A stretch of 64,000 bases of DNA from Candidatus Binatia bacterium (GTDB lineage: Bacteria; Desulfobacterota; Binatia; UTPRO1): assembly GCA_036496285.1 (NCBI GenBank), contig DASXLI010000018.1:650-64649 (forward strand), read 5' to 3'. The translations under genes were made by a program, and so were the position numbers. Each line of letters begins with the position of its first letter. The first letter of the stretch is position 1. Shown here piece after piece: positions 9,314 through 19,387 of the stretch. The notes under the pieces were generated by a model that saw only the letters and a program-made list of their open reading frames with translations, ran no database searches and had not been told where the DNA came from.

Positions 9314-9937
9314 TGGCGCGACGATAGCCTCCCGCCGCCGCTCTTGGAAGCGCCGCAGGACGCGGGCGCGGGCGGGCTCGACGTGCCGGCGCGTGGGGCA
9401 ACTCGCGAGGTGATCGTTCACGAGGCCCATCGCCTGCATGAATGCGTAGACGGTGGTCGGACCGACGAAGCGGAAGCCGCGGCGCTTGAGATCCCGCGAG
9501 AGGGTCCGCGACGCGTCGGTATGGCTCGCGAGCGAGCGGCGTGACCGTGGCGCCGCCGCGGCCGTCGGCGCGAAGCCCCACACGTAACGCGCGAACGAGC
9601 CGAACTCGCGCTGCAGCTCGAGCACGCCCTGTGCGTTGGCGATGGCGGCCTCGATCTTGCCGCGGTGGCGCACGATGCCGGCGTCGGCGAGCAGGCGGCG
9701 TACGTCGCGTGCGCCGAAGCGCGCGACGCGCGCGGGATCGAAGTCGGCGAACGCCGCGCGGAAGTTGGGGCGCTTGCGCAGGATCGTGAGCCACGAGAGG
9801 CCGGCCTGGAACCCCTCGAGCGCGATCTTCTCGAACAAGCGGCGATCGTCGGTGGTCGGCCGTCCCCACTCGTCGTCGTGGTACGTCACGTACAGCGGAT
9901 CGGACGTCGCCCACCAGCAGCGTCGGCTCGCGTGCAT
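9272..9937 (-). CDS. tag: DNA-3-methyladenine glycosylase I.
   Basis: Motifs [33 protein letters not shown] and [21 protein letters not shown] match Tag. The start is at MHASRRCWW inside track ORF 9272..10012. Confidence 0.8.
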   Translation of the reverse strand: MHASRRCWWATSDPLYVTYHDDEWGRPTTDDRRLFEKIALEGFQAGLSWLTILRKRPNFRAAFADFDPARVARFGARDVRRLLADAGIVRHRGKIEAAIANAQGVLELQREFGSFARYVWGFAPTAAAAPRSRRSLASHTDASRTLSRDLKRRGFRFVGPTTVYAFMQAMGLVNDHLASCPTRRHVEPARARVLRRFQERRREAIVAPCPRSKRFTTAPKK

Positions 9938-10010
9938 CGCCTCTCCTCGTTCGCGCGGTTTGAACGGTGCGGAGGGCTCGTATAGCACAGGACGGACGAA
10001 TCGGGGCGCC

Positions 10011-11687
<1,677 letters not shown>

Positions 11688-11706
11688 GGCCGCGCGCGGC
11701 GCGCGC

Positions 11707-12021
11707 TCAGAGCGCGTGCGCGGACGTCTGGCTCGCCGCGCCCTCGCACGGCGCGGGCGCGCCGTCGCTGGTGCGGGCGAACCCGCGGCGCAGGAGGGTG
11801 CACGTCTCGTCGTCGGGGGCGATCAGATCGCAGCTCCGCGCCTCGCAGAGCGCAACGCAGAAGGTGAACGTGAGGCCGTCGAAGGGGTCGCACATGCCGG
11901 CGCGGCTCTCGTCGGGCGCGGGCGCGGAGGCAGCGGGCGCGTCGCCGGGCGTGGCGACGGCGGTCAGCGGGGCGCCGATGAGGAGTCCGCAGGCGAGTGC
12001 GATGGCGAGTGCAGAGCGCAT
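11707..12021 (-). CDS. Small secreted Cys-rich protein (signal peptide, 7 Cys).
   Basis: Signal peptide MRSALAIALACGLLIGAPLTAVA. The mature part is rich in Cys (CDPFDGLTFTFCVALCEARSCDL...ETC...PC). Confidence 0.4.
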   Translation of the reverse strand: MRSALAIALACGLLIGAPLTAVATPGDAPAASAPAPDESRAGMCDPFDGLTFTFCVALCEARSCDLIAPDDETCTLLRRGFARTSDGAPAPCEGAASQTSAHAL

Positions 12022-12158
12022 GGCACTGGCATCGAGCAAGCGTCGTGCCGCGACCGCATGCGATCTACGTTGACGTTCCGGAGAAACGGGTGTTACGCTT
12101 GTGGCGACTGTCAGATTCACGTCACACCGCCGCACCCCAATCCCGCCGGAGGAACCAC

Positions 12159-13076
12159 ATGCGCCGCCTCACTTCGCTGCTCACATATTGTTGCATCGCC
12201 GGAAGCATTCCCCTGCTGGCCCACGTCGCGCTCGCGGATCCGATCTTCACGTGGCGTGACGCGCAGGGCGGCGTGCACTACTCGAATCGCCACGAAGCGA
12301 TTCCGTCGGGCGCGGCCGAGGTGGAGCTGCCGCCGGTGCAGGTACGCATTCTCAGCCGCAAGAGCGGCCTCCCGGCCGACGTCGTGCGCGCGCTGTCGAT
12401 GCCGCCGACCGTCGCGCGACGGCCCCACTCGCTCGCAACGTGCGACGCCCCCGATCCGAGCGGCGTCGCCGCCGCCGTCGCAGCGCGTCTCGGCCAGCGT
12501 GAGCTCGACGGCTTGACCGTCATCGTCGCCGGCGTGCCGATCGCGTACTCGGACTCGGCGAACGTCCAGCTGAAGGGTCCGGACCCGGAGCCCGGCGCGG
12601 CGGGCCCGGCGGAGCAGGCCGCGCTCGCATATCCGGCGGGATCCGGCTGCCCGAGCGGTCGACCGCCGCTCGAACGGTACGCGGTCGCGTCCGCGGCGCG
12701 CGGGCGCTCGCGCTCGCGCGGTATCTGTGAGGACTACCGCCGCGCCTTCGCCGAGGTCGGTGTGGCAGTGAGCCGCGATCAGGGGGTGGCGCGTTCGTTC
12801 CGCGCGATCGCCGAGCACTTCGTGGACGTGGCTGGCCGCGACTACACCGCGGGCGGCCGGGGGGCGGTGTTGGTGCCGGCCGTGGCGACCGACGGACGTG
12901 GTCCGGCGACGCTCGTTGCGGCCGAGGAGGAGCGGGTGCCGCTACCGCCGTGGGCCGTCGAGGCGCACGTCGCGCAGACGGATCAGCTCGGCGAGGAGAG
13001 CGGTGCCTTCGTCGACGAGCTCGCCGCCGCCCTCGAGGAGATCGACGCCGCGGCGCGGAGCATCGGCTGCTGGTGA
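12159..13076 (+). CDS. Secreted protein with an N-terminal DUF4124-like motif.
   Basis: GGAGGA Shine-Dalgarno 5 nt upstream of the ATG. Signal peptide, then WRDAQGGVHYSN, which is typical of DUF4124. Confidence 0.55.
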   Translation: MRRLTSLLTYCCIAGSIPLLAHVALADPIFTWRDAQGGVHYSNRHEAIPSGAAEVELPPVQVRILSRKSGLPADVVRALSMPPTVARRPHSLATCDAPDPSGVAAAVAARLGQRELDGLTVIVAGVPIAYSDSANVQLKGPDPEPGAAGPAEQAALAYPAGSGCPSGRPPLERYAVASAARGRSRSRGICEDYRRAFAEVGVAVSRDQGVARSFRAIAEHFVDVAGRDYTAGGRGAVLVPAVATDGRGPATLVAAEEERVPLPPWAVEAHVAQTDQLGEESGAFVDELAAALEEIDAAARSIGCW

Positions 13077-13080
13077 CGTC

Positions 13081-13362
13081 TCAGTTCCAGACGCCGAGAT
13101 TGGTCGAGCGCAATACCTTGGTGCACTCGGGGCAGGGGATGTCCTGGGCGAGACCCTCGAGCAGCGTGAGCTGTCCCTGGCACTCTTTGCAGCGGTGCAT
13201 GTCGAGCTTGGCGGAGAGGTCCACTACCGACAGGCGCTTGCAGGCCGGACACACGCCGAGTCCTCCCCAGAACCGCGTCCGCCCCTCCTTGCCCCAACCC
13301 ACCCGCAGGTTCTCGGTGGTGAACCCGCAACTTCGGCAATTGAACTCGACGATCGATCCCAT
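13081..13362 (-). CDS. Zinc-ribbon protein (four CxxC pairs).
   Basis: Motifs CRSC...CPAC...CKEC...CPEC. Start at MGSIVEF inside the track ORF. Confidence 0.55.
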   Translation of the reverse strand: MGSIVEFNCRSCGFTTENLRVGWGKEGRTRFWGGLGVCPACKRLSVVDLSAKLDMHRCKECQGQLTLLEGLAQDIPCPECTKVLRSTNLGVWN

Positions 13363-13512
13363 GACCCCTCCCGGCGGCTCGTGAATGGCCGCAAAAGTAT
13401 GTGCAGGCGTAGCGCGCGTCAAGGAACTCGGCCATCATGAGGGGCGGGGGCGAAGACGGTCGAAATGACCCCGATACCGTGATAGGGTCGGGCGTTCACG
13501 GAAAGGAGCCCT

Positions 13513-13731
13513 GTGGCACGAGATGATCTGATCCAGATCCAAGGGCGAGTGGTCGAGGCCCTCGCCGGCGGACACTTCCGGGTACAAGGCGACCAGGGAC
13601 ACACGTTCCTGGCGCGCATCAGCGGCCGTCTGCGCCGCTTCCACATCAAGGTCGTTCCCGGTGACCGCGTCACGGTCGCCGTCTCGCCCTACGACCTGAC
13701 GCACGGTTTCATCGTCTACCGCGGCAGCTGA
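13513..13731 (+). CDS. infA: Translation initiation factor IF-1.
   Basis: A 72-aa S1-like protein; the sequence is typical IF-1 (GHFRV...RISGRLRRF...GDRVTV..SPYDLT.G.I.YR). Confidence 0.9.
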   Translation: MARDDLIQIQGRVVEALAGGHFRVQGDQGHTFLARISGRLRRFHIKVVPGDRVTVAVSPYDLTHGFIVYRGS

Positions 13732-13754
13732 CAGGGACCGGAGGCGCGCTTCGC

Positions 13755-14252
13755 ATGGATGCGATCGACGTCATCAAGCGCCGCCTGAAGGAGGATCGGG
13801 TCCCCGACGCGGCGGATCCCGACGACATCAGCGAGAAGAAGAAGCGCCCTCGCGAGGTCGCCTTCATGGACGTGAACCTGTGCTTCCCGTGCGGGAAGTG
13901 CCCCGAGTTCTGTCCCGTCCAGTGCATCGAGTATCTGTCGCCGGGCGCGGTGCCGAACCGGGGCGTGCAGCCCGTGCAGGACCGCTTCCAGGAGTGCATC
14001 GGCTGCTACATCTGCGTCGAGGTGTGCGCGCTGCTCACCGACTACGACGCGGTCCGCATGTACGACGTCGGCCTCGTCGAGCGCGTGCTGGGCGTCAAGA
14101 TCGGCGACAAGAAGCCGGAGGCCTACGAGCCGGCGCAGCCCTGGGAGGAGTACTTCTCCGAGGGTGGACTGTATCGCCACGAGGGCAAGGGGTCGCGCAT
14201 CCGCGAGAAGATGACCGCGGAGGAGCGCGCCATCCTGAACGCCGCGCGCTGA
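13755..14252 (+). CDS. 4Fe-4S dicluster ferredoxin-domain protein.
   Basis: Two cluster-binding motifs: CFPCGKCPEFCP and CIGCYICVEVC. Confidence 0.65.
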   Translation: MDAIDVIKRRLKEDRVPDAADPDDISEKKKRPREVAFMDVNLCFPCGKCPEFCPVQCIEYLSPGAVPNRGVQPVQDRFQECIGCYICVEVCALLTDYDAVRMYDVGLVERVLGVKIGDKKPEAYEPAQPWEEYFSEGGLYRHEGKGSRIREKMTAEERAILNAAR

Positions 14253-14290
14253 CGCGCCCGTGCTCGAGGTGCGCGGGACCGTGGACGCGC

Positions 14291-14548
14291 TCAGCCGCCG
14301 ACGCCGCTCGATTCGAGGCGCTCGACCATCTTCTGCAGCTTCTCGAACGCGCGGCCGACGGTGATCGTGTAGCGCTGCTTCGTCCAGCTCTCCTTCGTCC
14401 GCATCTTGAGCCAGCCGAGCTTGACGGCGTCGGGCTTGTTGCCGAGGTCGCCGGTCGCGGCCTCCACCGCCGCCTGCTCGTCGCGATCGAGCGCCTCGAT
14501 GAACTCGCGCTTCACCCGGCCGAGGAACTCCTTGCGAAGATCGATCAC
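14291..14548 (-). CDS. Hypothetical small protein (85 aa).
   Basis: Track ORF with a charged, helical composition; immediately downstream of the HTH gene at 14556..14880. Confidence 0.35.
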   Translation of the reverse strand: MIDLRKEFLGRVKREFIEALDRDEQAAVEAATGDLGNKPDAVKLGWLKMRTKESWTKQRYTITVGRAFEKLQKMVERLESSGVGG

Positions 14549-14555
14549 GGCGGCG

Positions 14556-14880
14556 CTACAGCTGCTCGCGCTCGCGCTCGTGCTCGTGCGTCGTCATCGG
14601 CGGGATGAACGGATGCAGCGATTGCTGTAGACGCCGCCGCACCGCGCTCACCGACCAATCCATCTGCCGGCACACGGAGGGGAAGCTGAGCACGTGGGTC
14701 TCGGGGTCGCTGAAGAAGTAGCGGACCGCGGTATCGCGCTGCCGGAGATCCGCGCTGCGCAGGTCGTCGAACGCGGTGCTGACGACTGCGATCATGAGGT
14801 GCTCGATGCCGGTCATCTTCTGCAGGGAGCGACGCGCTTCGAGCGCGGGGGGGAACGGTGGGATGGAGCTACGACCCATG
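14556..14880 (-). CDS. Small HTH protein resembling sigma-70 region 4 (LuxR/sigma4-like).
   Basis: LRQRDTAVRYFFSDPETHVLSFPSVCRQMDWSVSAVRRRL fits the region-4 helix-turn-helix pattern (L..RE..V..L.F......T..E......VS..RVRQ). Confidence 0.35.
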
Positions 14881-14989
14881 GCGTCCTGCCTCCTCAACGA
14901 GCCGCGACCACGTCCAGCAATCGCAGATTTGACTATCGTTTCCGCCGAGATGCAGCTCTAAGCAGCGAGCGGCCAGTACTATGCGCCTA

Positions 14990-15130
14990 GCCATCTCCTT
15001 AGTCAAACCAACACGTGATTTTGTTTGACATCCAGACAAGCGACGGCCTATGTGGGGGGCGTTTCCAGCCGCCCCGGCGGTCGCCGCATATACGTGAAGA
15101 TCGCGGGGGTTTTTCATCTTGGAGGAACGA
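14990..15130 (+). promoter_or_regulatory. Putative sigma70-type promoter and long 5' leader of the RRM-protein gene.
   Basis: TTGACA at 15025..15030, a 17-nt spacer, then CTATGT at 15048..15053, leaving a roughly 75-nt leader. GGAGGA Shine-Dalgarno at 15121. Confidence 0.2.
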
Positions 15131-15454
15131 ATGGGCACGAAGTTGTACGTCGGGAATCTGCCGTTCGCGGTGACTTCCCAGGAGCTGACGGAGCTGTTTT
15201 CACAGGCCGGCGAGGTCGTGTCGGCCAACATCATCACGGACCGGTTTTCCGGCCAATCGCGGGGGTTTGGATTCGTCGAAATGAGCAATGACGACGGGGC
15301 CCAGAAGGCGATCAATCAGTTCAACGACTACCAAATGAAGGGTCGTGGCCTGAAGGTGAACGAGGCCAAGCCGCGCGAGGGTGGCCGTCCCGGCGGCGAC
15401 CGCGGTGACCGCGGCGACCGCGGCGATCGCGGCGGCGGCGGACGTCGCTGGTAG
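15131..15454 (+). CDS. RRM-type RNA-binding protein with a C-terminal Gly/Arg-rich tail.
   Basis: RNP2 (LYVGNL) and RNP1 (RGFGFVEM) motifs; the tail is GDRGDRGDRGDRGGGGRRW. Confidence 0.85.
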   Translation: MGTKLYVGNLPFAVTSQELTELFSQAGEVVSANIITDRFSGQSRGFGFVEMSNDDGAQKAINQFNDYQMKGRGLKVNEAKPREGGRPGGDRGDRGDRGDRGGGGRRW

Positions 15455-15640
15455 CGACCGCTCTCTTCCCGCCCCGAGCCCGCACACCCCGTCTGCCCGA
15501 CGGGACGCACGGCGGAAACCTCCCGCCGGACCCGCAAGCCTCACCCCATTCGAGATACTGCGTCATTCTGGAGCATCATGTACAAATGTCATCGGGAATC
15601 GCTCTAAACACGCCGCCTTGCATTCGTCTGGAGGAACTCC

Positions 15641-16009
15641 ATGTTCGGTTTGTTTCAACGTCCAAAGCTCGCGGCCGATTTCGCCGCCGCGCATGCGCAT
15701 ACGGATGAATTCACACGCGTCGTCGAGCTCGCCGGCGCGTTGACGCTCCACAACGAAGGCAGCGAGGCGGAGATCGGCGACGTCGAGATGGTGCTGATCG
15801 CCGGCTTCCGCCGCATTCCGCTCGATGTCCCTGCGGAGTGGCGCACGCTCACGCTCGGCTCGGGTGCCGACAAGCGCGGCGACGTGCGCTGGTCGATGAC
15901 GCTCGACGCGCCGCTGCGGGCGGAGAAGGGCGAGCTGTACCTCAGCCTCCGCGATCAGAAGCGCAAGAAGTGGGAGTGGCGCCTGCCGTTCACCTTCGAG
16001 CGGAGCTGA
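15641..16009 (+). CDS. Hypothetical protein (122 aa).
   Basis: GGAGGA Shine-Dalgarno upstream of the ATG; plausible composition. Confidence 0.45.
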   Translation: MFGLFQRPKLAADFAAAHAHTDEFTRVVELAGALTLHNEGSEAEIGDVEMVLIAGFRRIPLDVPAEWRTLTLGSGADKRGDVRWSMTLDAPLRAEKGELYLSLRDQKRKKWEWRLPFTFERS

Positions 16010-16012
16010 GCG

Positions 16013-16783
16013 TCAGAGCTGCGAGGCGACCAGCGGCAGGACGACGAGGAGCTGGATCGCGTCGAACGTGCCGTGGGCCACGGCACACACCGCGAGGTCG
16101 TCGGTGCGGGTGAAGGCGCGCCCGAGAATCCAGCCGATCACGAACACGCCGCCCCCCATCGTCGGCGAGCCGTAGTTCACGTGGCTCAGCGCGAAAAGCA
16201 TCGTCGCGAGCACGAGGCCGACGCGCGGCTGCAGGAAGGCACGGAAGAACGCCTCCTCGACGATCATCGCCGTCACGATGACGGCGACACGCAAGAGGAA
16301 CGGCCGACGCGCCATCCAGACGATGAGGTCGGCGAAACCGGCGTTCGGCTGCACGCCGGTGCCGCGTGCGGCGACCCCGAGCGCCGCCATGACGACCATG
16401 GTGACGAGCCAGCCGCGGAAACCGGTCCACAGACCGTCGGTGAGGCGGCGGCCCCAGGCGCCCGCGGACAGGTGAAGGAACGCGCGGAGCCCGGCGCGTC
16501 GCTGCAGGACGAACCAGCCGAGCAGGAACGCGGCGAGCACGAGCTGGCCCTGGAAGAGACCGCCCGAGCCGAGGGTATCGACCGTGAGCGTGGTGCCATG
16601 CCAGAACGTGAAGATCGGCAACGCGACGGTGAGGAGCAGCACCAGCGCGAGCAGCCCGTAGGCGACGCCCGCGCGCCACGGCGTCGCGAACTCCGGGTCG
16701 GCCGCGACGCTGGCGTCGCTTGCCGCTCCGGCCGGTCGATGCGACAATTCCGGCGGCTCCACGGGCTCGTCAGTCGTGGGCAT
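16013..16783 (-). CDS. CPBP-family (CAAX-like) intramembrane metalloprotease.
   Basis: Motifs EEAFFRAFL, FALSHVNYG and HGTFDAIQ match the CPBP family; multiple transmembrane helices. Confidence 0.7.
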   Translation of the reverse strand: MPTTDEPVEPPELSHRPAGAASDASVAADPEFATPWRAGVAYGLLALVLLLTVALPIFTFWHGTTLTVDTLGSGGLFQGQLVLAAFLLGWFVLQRRAGLRAFLHLSAGAWGRRLTDGLWTGFRGWLVTMVVMAALGVAARGTGVQPNAGFADLIVWMARRPFLLRVAVIVTAMIVEEAFFRAFLQPRVGLVLATMLFALSHVNYGSPTMGGGVFVIGWILGRAFTRTDDLAVCAVAHGTFDAIQLLVVLPLVASQL

Positions 16784-16806
16784 CAGACCGAATGACGGAG
16801 GACGGC

Positions 16807-16986
16807 ATGTTGAAGATCGGCGACGTGGTGGTGACGATGGCGCATCCGGGACCGTTTACCATCGTCGACATCAAGGCCGACGTCTTGGGCGACGTCCTGA
16901 CCATCGTGACCGCCGAAGGCTTGAAGAAGGTCGTGCGCGCGGCGAACGTGCGTCGGCTCGAAAAAGAGAAGCCGGCGTCGTCCTGA
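16807..16986 (+). CDS. Small hypothetical protein (59 aa).
   Basis: GGAGGA Shine-Dalgarno 5 nt upstream of the ATG at 16807. Confidence 0.35.
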   Translation: MLKIGDVVVTMAHPGPFTIVDIKADVLGDVLTIVTAEGLKKVVRAANVRRLEKEKPASS

Positions 16987-17075
16987 CGGCGCGTGCGCAG
17001 CACGCAGCCGTGGCGACGCCGGCTCAATTTCGTCGGCGGACGCCATGCATCCGACGACGCCGCCGTTCGACGGCG

Positions 17076-17360
17076 TTACTTCTTGCCGCCCAGGACCGCC
17101 AGCTTGAAGCTCTTCGCGACGGTGAAGCCGACCTTCTTGCGGGCAGGAATCTTGATCGCCTCACCGGTCTGAGGATTGCGGCCCATGCGCGCCTTCATCG
17201 AGCGCAGCCGCCATCCGCCGAGGTCAGGGATCTTCACCGTGTCACCCTTCTTCACCGACTTGCGAACGGTGTCGACGAGCGAGCTGATGACCGCCTCCGC
17301 CTGCTTGCGGGAGATGCCGGAGTCTTCCGCCAGCTTCCCAACCAACTGTGTCTTCGTCAT
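17076..17360 (-). CDS. hup: HU/IHF-family nucleoid DNA-binding protein.
   Basis: MTKTQLVGKLAEDSGISRKQAEAVISSLVDTV...GDTVKIPDLGGWRLRSMKARMGRNPQTGEAIKIP; the arm motif is conserved. Confidence 0.85.
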   Translation of the reverse strand: MTKTQLVGKLAEDSGISRKQAEAVISSLVDTVRKSVKKGDTVKIPDLGGWRLRSMKARMGRNPQTGEAIKIPARKKVGFTVAKSFKLAVLGGKK

Positions 17361-17496
17361 GTGCACTCCCCCTGTAGTTTGGTGAAAACGCAGCGCACCC
17401 TAAGGCAGTCATCGGCAAGCTGTCAAGCATAGAGTGCGCGAAAAACCGCGAACGACGCGCTTCAGCGCGCCGTCGACCCGCGACGACGCACGTCGC

Positions 17497-18426
17497 TCAG
17501 GCGGTCGCGGCGAGGGTGGTGCGGCGGGGCGAGACGCGCGTGTCGGCGAGGAAGCCGAGCAAGAGCTCGTTGAACGGTCCGGGCCGCTCGAGGTTCGGGC
17601 TGTGCGCGCAATCGTCGAAGACGACGAGCTCGGCGTCGGCGATGCCGAGTGCGAGGCGCTCGCCGAGCGCGAGCGGCGTGAGCGGATCCGTGCGGCCCCA
17701 CACGATCAGCGTCGGTGCCGTGATGTGGGCGAGGCGCTCGTCGAGGAACTCCTCGCCGTAGACGAGCTGGCGGAGGATCTCGGTGCGTCCGGCGGCCTCG
17801 TGCCGGCACACGCGCAGCACGTCGCGGAGGACGAAGCCGGGAAGGCGCGGCGGGCGTTGGAAGTTGGCGACCAGGAGATCGTGTACGTCGCCAGCGCATT
17901 CCGGCAGGAGCACGCGCTGCAGCGACAGGTCGGGTTCGAAGCGCAGGCCCGCCGCGTCGACGACGACGAGGCGCGACACCATCTCGGGGTGCGCGGCGGC
18001 GAAGGCGAGGCTGATCCATCCGCCCATCGAATGGCCGACGAGCAGGACGGAGCGGTGGCCGAGCCGGGTCAGCAGCTCGTGCAGCGTGGCGACCTGGAAG
18101 GCGATGGTGCGCTCGTCGCCGACGCGCTCCGACGCGCCGAAACCGGGAAGATCGGGTGCGACGACCTGGAAGCGACTCCGCAGGACGGGCATCTGCAGGT
18201 GCCAGTTGACGCTCGCCTCCGTGCCGAAGCCGTGCACAAGGACGACCGGCTCGCCGCTCCCTCCGGTCCACACGCGGACGCGGGCCCGCGAGAGCGCTAG
18301 GCGCTGCGAGCGCATGCCGGCGAGATGCAGGCGCGCCGAGACGGCGTGGCGGAAGAGCTGCATCGGGCGCCAGTAGCCGTAGCCGCCGAGGCCGGCGGCC
18401 CCCGCGAGAAGGAGCGTCGGATCCAT
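17497..18426 (-). CDS. Alpha/beta-fold hydrolase.
   Basis: Motifs HGFG and the nucleophile elbow GHSMGG. Confidence 0.75.
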   Translation of the reverse strand: MDPTLLLAGAAGLGGYGYWRPMQLFRHAVSARLHLAGMRSQRLALSRARVRVWTGGSGEPVVLVHGFGTEASVNWHLQMPVLRSRFQVVAPDLPGFGASERVGDERTIAFQVATLHELLTRLGHRSVLLVGHSMGGWISLAFAAAHPEMVSRLVVVDAAGLRFEPDLSLQRVLLPECAGDVHDLLVANFQRPPRLPGFVLRDVLRVCRHEAAGRTEILRQLVYGEEFLDERLAHITAPTLIVWGRTDPLTPLALGERLALGIADAELVVFDDCAHSPNLERPGPFNELLLGFLADTRVSPRRTTLAATA

Positions 18427-18535
18427 GGAAAGAGTGTTGCGCGCCGCCGTGCCTGGCGCAAGCCACGCTTCGCGTGGCGGCGCGGGATGGGGCTCGGTTG
18501 ACGGCCCGGCGGCTCGCCGCTAATTCCATGCGCCG

Positions 18536-18751
18536 ATGGCGAACATCCTGTGTCCGTGGTGCGGCTGTCCGATCGCGGTCGACCGCGGCATGCGGCGTCA
18601 GGGCGTCATGTACTGCTGCCGCGGCTGCGCGACGTGGACGCGCTGCGAGCTTCCCGGCTGCGCGCGCCCCGACGCCGCGGCGTTGCCTCCCGACGTCAGC
18701 CTCCCCGAGACGCGCAACCGCAACGAGCCGCCGCGCGATGCCGCTCGTTGA
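18536..18751 (+). CDS. Small Cys-rich (9 Cys) putative metal-binding protein located upstream of nuoB.
   Basis: CPWCGCP...YCCRGC...CELPGC. GC3-rich codons. No clear Shine-Dalgarno. Confidence 0.35.
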   Translation: MANILCPWCGCPIAVDRGMRRQGVMYCCRGCATWTRCELPGCARPDAAALPPDVSLPETRNRNEPPRDAAR

Positions 18752-18773
18752 GCGTTGCGCGCGTTCCCGACCT

Positions 18774-18800
18774 TTGCACACCTCGTCCATCCACTATAAA
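18774..18800 (+). promoter_or_regulatory. Putative sigma70-like promoter for the nuo cluster.
   Basis: TTGCAC at 18774..18779, then TATAAA at 18795..18800 (15-nt spacer), 9 nt upstream of the nuoB ATG. Confidence 0.2.
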
Positions 18801-18808
18801 GGTGCCCC

Positions 18809-19378
18809 ATGACGCGCGAGGAGTTCCTCGTCGCTGGGCGGCGTCCGGAGGAGGACGACGCGGCGGCGGTGTCGCGCGCCTTCGGTGACACCTTCGCCGT
18901 CACCCGCATCTCCGATGCGATCAACTGGGCGCGCAAGTACAGCTTCTTCAGCTACCCGTTCGTGACCGCGTGCTGCGGCATGGAGTTCATGGCCGTGTCG
19001 GGCTCGCGCTTCGATCTCGACCGCTTCGGGCTGTCGCTGCCGCGCTTCACGCCGCGGCAGGCGGATCTGCTGATGGTCGTCGGCACCATCACGCATCGCC
19101 AGGCGCCGATCCTGCTGCGCGTCTACGAGCAGATGGCCGAGCCGAAGTGGGTCATGTCCTTCGGCGCGTGCACGAGCTCGGGCGGCCCGTACAACAACTA
19201 TGCCGTGGTGCAGGGCATCGACACGATCATCCCGGTCGACATCTACGTGCCCGGATGCCCGCCGCATCCGGAAGCCGTCATCGACGCTCTCCTGAAGCTT
19301 CAGGAACGCGTGCAGCACGAGCGTCCGGGCGAGCCGTACCGCGGCCGTCACGGCAGCGGCCGTCCTCTCGAGAGCTGA
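18809..19378 (+). CDS. nuoB: NADH-quinone oxidoreductase subunit B (20 kDa, N2 cluster).
   Basis: Motifs ACCGMEFMA, GACTSSGGPY and GCPPHPEAV. Confidence 0.9.
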   Translation: MTREEFLVAGRRPEEDDAAAVSRAFGDTFAVTRISDAINWARKYSFFSYPFVTACCGMEFMAVSGSRFDLDRFGLSLPRFTPRQADLLMVVGTITHRQAPILLRVYEQMAEPKWVMSFGACTSSGGPYNNYAVVQGIDTIIPVDIYVPGCPPHPEAVIDALLKLQERVQHERPGEPYRGRHGSGRPLES

Positions 19379-19387
19379 CCGGAACCC

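Noticed and set aside
17040-17076. Hairpin ACGCCG-N8-CGGCGT downstream of hup as a terminator.
   Set aside because: Short stem and no U-tract on the hup sense strand; too weak to call.
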